DNA from: Tubiluchus corallicola
Taxonomy: Eukaryota > Animalia > Priapulida
Direction: 5' to 3'
Assembly (NCBI GenBank): GCA_030141605.1
Contig: JAQGDQ010000073.1
Location: forward strand, 650,261-714,260
DNA: 64,000 bases
Shown: positions 10,201 through 22,743 of the stretch, in pieces
Position numbering within the stretch: position 1 is the stretch's first letter
How the letters are laid out: each line of letters begins with the position of its first letter
Made by a program: the position numbers and the translations under genes
The notes under the pieces: generated by a model
Databases searched by the model: none
Seen by the model: only the letters and a program-made list of their open reading frames with translations
Told to the model about the DNA's origin: nothing

Positions 10201-11781
10201 TTATTCATCGTCTGACATCGAGGTACCGTATACTAACATTCGTAGTTTCAGCGTTGACGTTTCACTTAGACACATAACAGGTTTTTAAAGTCAGTTAAAC
10301 TCGGGTGCAATTCTTCCGCCCGGTATTGTGGCTATTATGCTTACATGCACATGCATGGTAAATTTGATTTGCAAATAATGTAGTTCTTGGCAGCTTCTAC
10401 CTAGCAGCTGTTTCTGTCTAAACTTCACACCTTTACATGGCTTATGGTCACCAAACAGAAGGTTTTTGATTTATTATTGCTCCCCCTGGATTGGCATGAC
10501 GGTTTTCCTGGGTTGGGAGAGAGAGCATTGGTGTACCCAACAAAATTCTATCGCGACATCAAAAGTTTTTTTGAATACGGTATGTTTGAGATTGTTGTTT
10601 TTGTTGTTAGTATGTTCATGATTGAATTTCAGTTATTCATAGATTGATTGTGTGTGTAAAACCAGTGTGCAATTTGTGCTTTGATTGACAATTTATGATT
10701 TTGGATGTTAGAATCTGTTTCGTTAAATAATTTAAATGCAGAGTTTTATTAAACTGAGTACTAACATTTTTGTTATGCCAAAAAAAATTTCGTTGCTATA
10801 TAGCAAAATTAGAGACTAGAACGCAGTTTAAATGTAATCCCAATTTTAATTGATTACATTTTTGGTGAGCATTTTCATCGCATCGTAATTTAAGTTTTTG
10901 GTCATTTTTTATGCGCCGTCTCATGAATGAATTAAATTTAAATTGTAGGAATAGGCTAGAAAATCTTGTCTCCCTTTGCCATGTCGCAACATTTGTTGAT
11001 TGGGAATGGTGATGCTTTTAGAACTTCAATTTTTGTGCAGCTTTTGTGTTTTGCTAGATTACTTCCGAGTGTTGTATAAGAATGCGTACTTCTGTAAATT
11101 TTATTTACCCTTCGTATTCTTGCGCGTATATAACTCAAGTTAGTATTATTGTAGCTTTTAGTACTTATTGTTTTGAGTGTAGGGGTACAAGTCATATACC
11201 TAGCGTATAGCAGAGCTTTACATACTTGATATACAGTTCTACTGCAAATATTGTGTAGGTCATACTCTTCAAACGTATGTACAGAATTACTTGGAGATGT
11301 GTGATATGTACAGTGCATTGCAGTCTCATTAGAACCTCCTTGTTCCTCGCCCTTTGGACGCTGCACGTGTCCGTTCGCGCTCTTCGGGACCTCTTTTGCT
11401 AACGTGTCAGACAACCAAGAGGTGTTGGATAAGACTAGATTAGGGTGAGGGAATAAAAGTTCTGCAATAATACTGTGTAGTCGAACGCAAGTGAGGCCTG
11501 GTGGGCGGTGAACGGTTGAAGGGTAGATCCAGCATATCTGTGAAACGGGGTGTTGGTTCAGCTATACAAGTTCTAAGCTTTGGTGTAGTTGGTTTTAGGC
11601 TCAGCATTTAGCTTGTTGAATACTTACAAATTAAAATAATTTACACATAATTCATTTTATTTGCACCCAAAGCTGAGAAAATTGCACATTGAGTTCTTAC
11701 CTTTTGTATTTATTCCAATAGATAAACTTGCATAATTTCGTATAGTATGCCTTATAAAAAATAAAATAAAAACATGCTCTA

Positions 11782-11975
11782 CAGCAAATCTCTTTATACC
11801 GCCTATCATGGGACTACAAAAAAGTAGACGTTACAGCGAGTTGTGCATTATAACGATTATTAAGGTGCATTCATATATACATGTCTAAGCAAATATAGGT
11901 ATTTTGTTTTGCTAAAATACGGGCGTAAAACGAGGTTGGCATTGTAAGGGGGGGCGCTACAACGAAGATTGGCTC
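11782..11975. mobile_element. About 195-bp Tc1/mariner-pogo type MITE in TCF intron 2
   Basis: TA|CAGCAAATCTCTTTATACCGCC ... GGCGCTACAACGAAGATTGGCTC|TA: imperfect TIRs with TA on both sides. Confidence 0.6.
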
Positions 11976-13923
11976 TATTAAAATTTTTAAACAAGGATTA
12001 TTAAAGAAAATAAGACTATTAAAAACGCAAAACATTTGTTTACTTTCCGTATTAAATATTAGAATATTGGTTTTTAAATTTCTCGTACGCGTTAAAATTT
12101 CTGCTGGATGCTCTCAGTGTGTGTATCTTGTGGGAAGTCTGAGTAAGTAAGTTTATAGGTTAGTAGAAATAAACTCCTAAGTAATTATGTATAATAAATC
12201 AATAATCTTTAATAAATCCGTAACGGCACGCGTTTACAAAAACCCATTTGACAACCGACAATAAGTTATTTGGTTTTTTGTTACTTAAAGTAGCCAGCTC
12301 AATAATTCCTCTGCCGCCTAATTATCATTCTGCCTATCTATCGAGGAATAATTAAATTAATGATAAGTTGTTGCTGGCTGGAGTAATGGTGGCATTTATT
12401 GTTCAAAGAACTGCTGCTGTTTGCGTTCTGTCGTGTGCCCTGTTGCTATCATAAACCGAACACACGTTTAACGTGAATATTTTCCCCGTTATGACTAAAC
12501 CTATATAATGTTTTACTGCTTATGATTAATAGAAATTTCGTCGCACGCGTAAGTCTTGCGCCCCTGTAATGGAGCCGTTACTTGATACAGGCAGAATGTT
12601 ACTCAGTACAACACACATGCTAGTACTGTAGATACAGTTACTAACTGACGACTTGGCAACCTTGGGGACTAGCTGGCGGTGTAAACATAACATCCTACTG
12701 ATCTCTAACGTCAAATTAAAAAAGCATTCCATCTTTATGTACTTCTTTGCCATGCCCGCTGTTCGCGTAGGCGATATCTATATCAAAAAGTGCGATCCGA
12801 ATACTAACGACACGAATGTCCACACCCGGCCACCCCCGTCCGAATTGAGTTCATAAGTCAACAGCAATCCCTCCCACCAGATAAGCTAGCAATGCCGCCC
12901 CATTAGCACAATCTACAGCCCGAGTTGGCAAAGGTAAGGCGCTGTACTTCACTCTTATCACTGAGGGGTGGGAAGATTTTTGCTTATTAAAGCCCGAGCA
13001 GTAATGCACAGTTCGACTGTTTGCCACTGGTAGTTGCTGTTTTACATGACACCTGGGAGTTTTCTCTTTTCGTTAAGCGCATCTCTTCCATTCCACCCCT
13101 TAGCTTATCGTAGATAGTTTATCTTTTACCCCCTGTGCTAGGCAAAGTGTAATAACGAGACAGGTCTGCACAATGTACTAGCTAACAACATATATACTAG
13201 TTCAAATGATGGATGGCTGCCAGCTAAATAACTTTCTTAACAACCTCTGTCCATTGCTGCTTAGTTTTTGCTGCCTACACGACTAGACGGTTTTTTGGCT
13301 GCCAGCAATTTAATTGTTGTATCAAAATCGCGCCGATCAAATTAGTGTAACAAAATAGTTGAAGATCATTTACTTGTAGTCGTCCGTCTGTGTTTTATAC
13401 AGGTTCTTAATTGAAACTTTATACAAAACTGCAGTAGATACTGTTAGGAGCTTAGTTTCTGCAGTCTGCTTGTCTGTTTGTGTTTTCTAGTAAAGAAATT
13501 ATAAAATGATTCCAAAACAACAATGTATGAGTAACAAAAAAACATAAAATTTATAGTTTTACTTTGACTGGAACACATCACTAATTTGAAAGCTTGGTCT
13601 GAGTCTCGGATTGGAGCTTAATTCAATAAAATTATAATCACGTCACTTGTAATTGATAAATTTATAAATTAGCTTATGACAATGACTTGTGACTAAAATG
13701 AAAATTAAAAGAGCTAGTTTTTCTCACGTTTCTAACAGTATGTGATGTAGTTGAAGTACTTTCGTTGTTTTATCTGAATATGCATAATAATATAGTTTTA
13801 GTAAAGTGCAAATCTTGTTGTAAAATGCACTGTGTAATTTGAATTCAAGCATGGGAATATTCTAAGTATGGCTGTGAATAAAACATTTAGTCTTTTTATA
13901 CATTGTTCTTTTTATTTTGCTAG

Positions 13924-14018
13924 GGAAAGCATTAGACATTAGTCCTCATGAAGGTCCGCCAGGTTTCGCCTATGTGGTCACACCTTACCCTCACCCAAAT
14001 GGACTGGGAATGGGAATG
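13924..14018 (+). CDS. TCF: TCF/LEF coding exon 3
   Basis: Acceptor ttttattttgctAG, phase-compatible with exon 2. Reads (G)KALDISPHEGPPGFAYVVTPYPHPNGLGMGM, containing the TCF G.Y...PY..PNG motif, and ends at donor ATG|GTGAGT (phase 0). Confidence 0.88.
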
Positions 14019-16507
14019 GTGAGTAGAATTTTTACTGTAGACTTGCTAGGTTTGTAAATATGCATGATACATTGTATGTAGAGGAATTTGCTCTGCTCTG
14101 CAAATTTTTGATGTTATATATATTTATTTAGCATTATAATTTATAAATTTGAATGAATATAAAACTATGGATTGAATTTGCAGTTTGCAACCAGCCTAAA
14201 CTTCGTCTCTTTGTGACTAGTACTGTATCCAATAAGTACTTAAATGGAACTGCTTACTTGGGAATACTGCATAAGATAACCGGTGGGCTAATTGTGCAGC
14301 GTCATTAGTTTGCAGGTATTTGGAGTATTTTAGGTCACTTATCTGCAGGCTTAATCAGCGCCAATGCATTTATTTATTTGGTGACTAAAATTTTCAAAAA
14401 TATCAGTATGATTTTAAAGATTAATTGTGAGAGGTTATCCTATAAAAATTCCACATGTTTAAATTGGAAACAATAGTAGTAGTTAACAGTTTTTGAGTAT
14501 TCTGAAGTAATATAAGAATTTATTGAAGTTGTCGTAAATAGATTTCATCGTCGATGGTTTCATTGCTGCTTCTGCTGCTTTTCTTATTTTTGTTGTGCAG
14601 CTGTTATTGTTGCGCTTGTCCAAACAACTTTGTTGAACAATTTTCACCTGGCAGGAGGTTTAATTTTGCTGTTCAATCATATGTTGTGACGAAACCTGCC
14701 TTCAAATTTCTTTCATGATCGCTAATTTCGCTGCTATTATTTTAGGCAACTGATTTTCCTTGCGGACTGGCACTTACAGGGGTTTTCAATTAATCCGTGG
14801 CTTCATTTACCGATAAAACATAATTTGTTAACAACATGAAATTGTCGCGCAACGTTTAAATGAAGCAGCGATCTCTAATAACTGCGTGATGTGGTGGAAT
14901 TTTGTCAAACTGCTACGCAATTAATTTTCATACACTTCAGTTCCGCGAGGTACTCGATTGTTAGGCCGACTGGTGTGGAAAATGGACATTCCCAAGCGCC
15001 TCCACGATAGCATGAATTTCTTGAGTTTAGGGGTTTCTTGTGCATTTTATTTGGTTACATATTTTCCAAATCCACCCAGGAACTCGCTTAAGACAGTCAA
15101 AATGCGTCATTTTTTACTTTTATGTCTTTATAACGCAAGGGACATTTCCTGGGTTTTCTCTGACCTTGAAAGAAGTAAAGAGACTACTCCATATGACAGT
15201 GCTTCTATTTCCACCAAAGACAGACTTGTCTCCTAATACCCCATGTGTCATAACCTTCTTGGGCTATATTAAAAACCATGAAGTCCACTCGAATTAATTC
15301 ATCTCTGGAGTTAGCCAAGGTAAAATATAAAGCGTTACAGTCCTGTTCCACTGATTGCAAACACTCAAATTCAGTAAAGTACCAGACGGCTTTTTTCAGA
15401 CAAGAAAATTCTGTGTTTATAAAATTATTTCTGTTCTCTCTTGCAACAGAGTCATTACTGACATTGTAGGTGACATGATGACGTTTCTGGTGTTTGCTTA
15501 TGCGCTCCTATTGACCGTCTTAAGGACATTTCACAATCAAACATTTGTCCGGTAGTGGTCAACATTCGTTTGGAGTGAGATTGGGGACAACTCCTCTAGT
15601 TAGCTACGTAAACAGTCCATGGACACTGTCCACTTAACCGGTTATTCAGCAGACCTGCTTTTCTACTAGTGAAAGTGAATGAGGGGAATTAGAGGAGGAG
15701 CTGTTTGTGCACAAATAATTTGGTGAGGTGTGAATTCCCGTGTAGGGGTGCATTGGTGGTTAACCAAACTTGCTTTCTTCATGACAGACGTGGCCACTTC
15801 ATGAAATGGAAAAGTAATCGTGGCTTTGAGTTTTTTGCGTTATGTAGGGCCAACATTTTCAAAAGAGGAATTATCACCTAGTGCACATAACATTTACTGT
15901 AGATACTGAGCAGACAGATTTTAAATAATTCAAATGCACGTACATGTACTTAAAGAAACCTCTCCTCAACGGTAGGCGCATTACTACCATTAGTACTAGT
16001 TAGTCCAACCTTGGTCTTATTTCTTTACTATGTGATATATCACGAGTTCATGTAGGAGAGCAGAAGGCTGAGAAATGTATGAGAAATAGGCATGCCATAC
16101 TTGTTCTAGTGTTTCTACGATATTCAGTGTAACATTTGTAGATGGGCTGCGTTTTTGGTCTGCAGTGCTTTGCTGAGTCTGGCTTTCTCTTTGGCGAAGT
16201 CTAATTATTCGTTTAACGCCTTCTTCTCTAATTGTCCAAAGACCAGGTATGAGCAAACAAGCGCTACACAATACCTTTCTACCTGTCTGTAAAATGCAAA
16301 CTTATCCCACCGAGAATATATACACACACACTTGGTTACCTGTATTCGGTTGGTTTAAGGGCTATAAGCACTTGAAAATTGTAGTGTTTGTCTGACTAAG
16401 TGTAAATACGCCTGTACTACAATATTGTAGTGTAATACTAGTGTTACTGGTTAGTAGCTGAAATATACTGTGTTTTTGTATGTTATATTAGGAGGGGGAT
16501 GCTCTAC

Positions 16508-16554
16508 CATTAACTACTTTTTTAGTATACTAACATTAACTACTTTTTTAGTAT
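16508..16554. repeat. Short direct duplication (26-bp period)
   Basis: CATTAACTACTTTTTTAGTAT at 16508 and 16534. Confidence 0.85.
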
Positions 16555-18529
16555 GTCTGCTTTCAATTGTTAGTGTTCACAGGACTTGAAAGCCACTCTT
16601 AAACCCTACGCTAATACACTTTAGTCATTTGTTTGTCATTTTTAATGTTTGAAACGTTATTCGCAGAAAAAAAACAAATGAACCTGAAGCAAGTAAAACA
16701 AATTAACAGTATTCATTCTTAGTCATTAAAGCACTTTCGCTCCATCTGAAATATCAGTTGCTGTTTTTCAGACTGTCTGGCTATAAAGAAAGGTAAATTG
16801 TTGTTTCCCTTGACAATTTTCAAGTTCAGTACACGCAGATACATTACTTTACATAACGTTCGTGAACGGTAACTAATTTCCATTCTGATATTGAATATTA
16901 TCTTTACCGGCTTATGGTCTGCAAAGCCCGAGTCAAATTGCCCATGGAATGAACGATTGCAAATTATCTGGTTAGCAATAATTTTTATTATGCGATAAAT
17001 TCTGTTTCCGCTTGCGTGGTGCCATGATCGCTTTCTTTAATATATATTTTCACCTGTCAATGATACACACGCAGGCCACACTGGCAATGAAGTTGAGTGA
17101 TGTTTTGATATTATGGGAGAACTCTTATCATCTTCTAAGCTATGTTCGTGCCATCGTATTGCCCTTTTTGAGCTCTGATGACACCAGATACTTTATTTAT
17201 GCAGAAAAACTACTACGTTTCAGTTTTCACAAAAACCCCAAATAGGGCTATAGAATTTAGTTTCCTTGTGGCATCTGGCATTGACTATTGACCATGTAAG
17301 GTCTAATAATCTGACTGTTCCTTATTGAACGTGACTGTAACACGCCTAACTGCATGACACTAAATTTGAAAAATTTTGCTTATACCGTTGCTCAAGAATG
17401 TTTATCGTACAACTATTATAACGTACGTTATTTATGGAAATTTTCAGATGAACTGTTGAAATTCTGAATTAATATGACATTTAAAAAAATTATAAAGCTA
17501 AATTATCAAGCCTGCCCACCATGCAATGGGCTTATGAATATGTAGGTCACTTATATAAAATTGACACTGTTAACTAATAAAATAATTCCATCATGTACCA
17601 TGTGACATCTACCATGTTTTCCTATCACAGCTACAGACACCTGCAGCTGTCATTGTTATTGTAAAAGGGGATTATGCGAAAATATAGATATATAGATTTC
17701 GAAACTGTTCGCGAGGGTGTAATATAGAAATATTTCTTCCAGATTTTGTAATAAATGCTTGCAGCTAAACGGCATTAATTAGGGGTATTTTGGTGTGTAG
17801 CATCATTATCGTCTGGTTTATGAGACGCTTTTTACTTTTTCGACGCAGCTGCCAAATAGTACTTAATGTGACGTAGTGTGTATGTTTGCTCCATTTCAAT
17901 TAACTTACACTGTTATGCTGGTGTTACCAAATGTGTTTGGCCTATATGTAGTTGCCCGGATTGGCTTTATATTACTGCCGACATGATACATCTGAGAGGG
18001 TTCTTTTCCTTCATTTAATGTGCGGCCTGTATGGATTTTGGCACGGTTGGCAAAATTGTTTATCTACTTTCCGTGGTCTTGTCAGGGTCTCATTCCTATC
18101 GTTACATGAAGCTCTTTTTTCGAGTGCTTTGGCATTCTGACAGCAGCTAACGGGTGTCTGTTTAAGTAAAAACTTTGTGCTTTGCAAATTTACACCAGAA
18201 CTGTAGATTGTGCTGCTGAACTTTGGCCACAGTGTAAGCGGCTAAACTTGCCTGAATATACACACTAAATACTGTTTGTGTGTTTGATGTTTAAGTAGAG
18301 TACAGGAATATCATTTAAGCGGTGTCAGCACGGTAATTTAATTTAATGCCTTCCTCTCACTCTGATTATTTTAATATTATTAATGAACATGCTCCCTATA
18401 TTTATTTATATGTATAGTTTTCTCAGCTAGACCCGTGCTCATGATTGTCTGATGCTCTCCAGTCCATTCTCTGTCCAAAGATCTGAAGGAACAGTTGGAA
18501 TGCAGACTATCCATCCCCTCTTTTGAAAT

Positions 18530-18700
18530 GTGTGTTACTTTGCCACGCACTCACATTTGTTCAAGTATGTATATGTCCTCACGTTCATCCCATGTCCAGG
18601 GATATGTGTTGCCTCGCCATGCGTTCACCCCTATCCAGGAGTGTGTGTAGCCCGCCACGCGCCCACCCCTGGTCGAGGAATGTGTGTTTCCCAGCCAGAC
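18530..18700. repeat. Degenerate minisatellite, about 39-bp unit, about 4 copies
   Basis: Recurrent GCCA(C/T)GC...CACCCCT...AGGA.TGTGTGT units. Confidence 0.65.
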
Positions 18701-19375
18701 ATCAATGATCAGCATCCACTGCCATAAAGCTATAAACTTTTTTTAGACTCCAGAATTTGTGTGCCTCATGAACACAAGTATGTACCAGCATATATAAACA
18801 AGACTGTCCTGTACCAGGCATGTCTGCTGACAGCCAACTGTATTCAGCCATCAGAACACATCCACCAAGTTTTAAACGCTGTGGATTTGTTTTTATTTTG
18901 GTTTCACTTGGGGCATAATTCAAGAATATATATACAGCCTAAATCCAAATAAAATTGTAAAAATGGCTCTATTATTACAGTTTTGTTGAATTTCAAAGTT
19001 GCGTTCACACGTGTTAGAAAAACTGAGAAAGTCGTGGGCTGTTTCGATTTTTGCACTGATAGTGGACCTGTGCCCAGTCTGTGTATCCCAAGGCAAAAAT
19101 TCGACAAGCTTTAATGTTTTGCAGAAAAGTAAATTTTGTTGTTCACATTGACTTTTATATTCACGATAGATTTGATCCATTACATTTGAGTCACAAGAAG
19201 TTATAAAAACAACCCAGATCAAATGAGCTCGATTCCGGTTCAATATTCCAGTTTATATGCTATGGGATCTCTGTACCCTATGTACTTGTTGCCGCGTCAC
19301 CAGCAAATCCGCTTTCTCGTCAAATTGCTACCACCGTCTCTACCATGAAGTTTTTTACCAAAGGCATTTGAGGGC

Positions 19376-19563
19376 ACTGTAAAACGTTAAAATATCGCGT
19401 CCTGGAAATACTTGCGAATTTTGTGAGGAAGTTCCTGGCCCCATGCATACCATGTCTTAGGTGAATATCGTGAATTGTAATAATAAGTTTCGAATTGCTG
19501 GTACAAGAAAACGCAGTTGTCTTGCAAAAAAATTGATCCTTGAAAATATCTGGGGTTACACAC
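19376..19563. mobile_element. Possible degenerate MITE with CTGTAAAA...TTACA-type ends
   Basis: Starts ACTGTAAAACGTTAAAATATCGCG and ends GAAAATATCTGGGGTTACAC. The inverted match is poor. Confidence 0.25.
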
Positions 19564-22500
19564 GATGGTACGGTAATAATTCTCATAGTTCTGTGCAGAT
19601 TCATCGTCAACAGCTGCAGAGCAAAGCAGTGTGTTGTTCGCTCGGTCTTCCAGATTCCTTCATACTAAATATAATGTTGCCATAACATGAATAACTGCAA
19701 AAGTACGTGCAACATTTGGCGGAGAAATAAAGAACGGCAGATGTCCTAGTTTGTTTGTTTGGTTATTTTTGTAGACAGCCATTTTTGAGCTCAGAAAATC
19801 ATGTGATTGGATGGCCCATGTCTGTTATAGTTTTGAAGGTACAAGACTATTGTTAAATGTTTTTGTTAAGCGGCTCCTTAAAAGTATCTTTTTGTTTAAC
19901 GTTTTCCTTCTGATGAAATTTCTTTAACCCAGTTACATACGTTTGCAATTTCCTTTCTTGAACTTCAGAGTACTGAATGTGGCATAAAGAAAATTGGAAA
20001 CAATTGGAAATCTCATGCAGAAACCATAACAGCCTTGCGTCTTAATACGGGTGCTGTCTCGTACGCCAGGAAACATTGCCACTACCACAATCACCAATAC
20101 CACCACCACAGTGCCACCACTTTTTGATGCAACTAGTTACTGATATCCTGCATCATTATCTAAAACTAATCCCTACCCTTTGAAATATTTTACATTAGTA
20201 ATATGCCGTGACACGGTACCAATTTTACTGATCCCAATTTACTTACAAAGAATCTTTAAAATTCCCAGTGAGAAAGTATCTTTCCGTGATTACGTAGACC
20301 TGAATTCTGCGACTTTTGAAGCTTACTACATTACTATACTACGCTATGAAACCATGCCAGTTCTACTAATCCTGATTCCCTGATTCAACTAATACAGAGT
20401 GCATGCCTCTCTCTCTCTTCCACAGCTGCTTGCCAGACTTTCTCACTGCTGGCTGTATATTTTGATGGATTTCTACCAATGTTTGCCTGGCCCAAACACA
20501 CATACTGGTGCTACTAGGACGTGGGGCAAGTAATAACACGAGGGGCGTTTCCAGGCACGTAATCAGGCATGCTCATTTAGAAGCCCAACACGTGCATAGG
20601 CTTGATGGATCGGTTCATCAGGCATCAATGTGTCAGCACCTTGCACATTGACATGCCCCCAGAGGAATAGCAATAACATTAACCTAACATGATAGTATTA
20701 TGGAAGCGTCGAGTTGAGTTTATTACCCAAATACAAGAGAGCCGTTTTTGCTCGATTTGTTACGTCTGTTGTTTCGAATTGCCTCTTGCAAAATTAAGAG
20801 CTTTTGGGTTTGTGGTAAAATTGTAGGTGTGGCAATAAATACATCAGCTTAAATTAAAATGATTTATGATACACTAACCGTCTAGCAGTTTTTCCATACG
20901 CAAATTGAAGTGTGTCTAGGATGTCATTCAGAGGGTAGATGCTTTTTGGTGGGTCGTGCCGTAACAGTTACCCATATTAAGCGGATAAAATTTGCGTTTG
21001 CTATAAGTGGTTGTAATCTGATTTTTCAAATGGAATTTTAATAATAAAACGTTCTTTAAACATTTTCATCTAATATTATTTGGAGAATTAGCTTAAGTCA
21101 ATTTTTCAGTATATGAACTTGCTATTGACTGTTCTACTATAGTAAATGTGTCACCTGATTATGCCCGTGATTACCCGAATAAAGGCATGTAGGTTTCTTG
21201 TTAGGACTTAAAAAATTTCAAATAAATTTATTTGCGAAAATTCTTATCGTCCTGTGACTTGTTATGCGATTATTCTTGCAACTGTTGGGGATACGTTACT
21301 AACCTACTTGTCCTTATATAACATAGTAGAAATGAAAATGATCAGTGTGAGTCCATGTTTACTTTCAAGTTATTCATGATGTAAGCCATGCTTATGTGTT
21401 GGCCCTTGTTTGGATACATCGAATGGGTTCTTTTGTTGTTTCTTATGTTTGTTTTACATCCAGGATGATTGCTTCTTGGAACTGTTATAAAAATCTGCTT
21501 GTTTATTGTTTGGGCGTGTTTTTATACGAACAGAGTAGTGTTTAACAGCAGAGAGAAAGCATACATCCTTGCGTTCCAGACATGTCCCCAGTGTCAGAGA
21601 TTTGGAAGGTTGGCATTTACGGCCTTTCGTCCAAGTAAGGATTTAGCTCAGCTGGTATTCATGACCATCATTGTCATCACTTGGCTTCCATTAGTAATCA
21701 GTACATGCAAATATACCACTCTGGTGATGTCAAGACATGGTCTTACCTAACGCTATGTACAGCCCATTCCACCTAAAATAGCTGCGGGCACGTTTACAAC
21801 CGCTGCTGTTGCTCGTTGCTCCGGGATCAAGGCTGGCTTTTGCAACTTAATCCTTTCTGTAGCAACCAACTGACTGGTCTGTTTTGTTTCCACATTAGTC
21901 TAATCCATTCTTAAATAAGCCAGAACATTGGAGTGTCAGTCAGCGCTGAAAAAGTCTGTAGCGAGGAGAGTTTAATGAAGAAGCCATGCTTGGCTTGATG
22001 GTGTAAAAACTTTCTGCGTTTCCGTAACAGTGGCAGCGAGTGTGGATGTTAACGTGTTTAGAAGAAAGTACTTGTTTTTTTCTGGAAATAAGAGATTCCA
22101 TTGTGAATTTTGTGGGTCAAGAGGGTCTTTTTGGCTGCATATAGATGCGGTTTTGTTGTTGTATTGTCTTACAGCATTGTAGTGGTTGTATAAACAATAG
22201 CATTTTTCTATTTTTTATGCGAAAGGTGATCGCTGAAGTGCATTATAAATAGTTTAGAAATTTGCGGGTTACGTTTAGATAAATGCATGCAGAGTTTATG
22301 AACTGTGAAGTTAGTATGATGACGCCAGACGTTTTGTCCACTGATTTATTCTTCTAGGTTCCGGTTCGAAAGTTCCCAAGCTATTAAACTTGTGATTTTT
22401 TGCTTTTTTGGGTTACATTTTGAAGAAATTTAACGTAGGCGACACAACGCGTCTTAATTTCTTAAAGGTTAAGTTTTTTCTGTTCATTCTTGCTTTCTAT

Positions 22501-22623
22501 ATTGAGATAGCTATATAGCATTCAGACGACATTAAAAATGTCAGTGCAAATTGATTATCAAAAAGTCTTTCTCAGATGTAACTTTGCATAAGCATGGGGA
22601 TATTAAGTATGTATGTGCAATGG

Positions 22624-22743
22624 CACACACACACGCACGCACACACACACACACACGCACGCGCGCACACACACACACGCACACACACGCACACACGCAC
22701 GCGCACGCACGCACGCGCACACACACACACACACACACACACA
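22624..22743. repeat. (CA)n/(CG) compound microsatellite
   Basis: 120 bp of strictly alternating purine-pyrimidine sequence. It explains several spurious ORFs in the track. Confidence 0.97.

Noticed and set aside
10956-11414. 152-aa minus-strand ORF in TCF intron 2
   Set aside because: Non-ATG start, no recognisable motif and no clear splice context.
14600-15300. Possible degenerate transposase on the minus strand (KLNLLPG fragment)
   Set aside because: Only one short motif; no ordered series of motifs could be assembled.
20400-20540. Strong acceptor ctctctcttccacAG as a candidate TCF exon 4
   Set aside because: The phase-0 translation has no TCF similarity and reaches a stop without a good donor.
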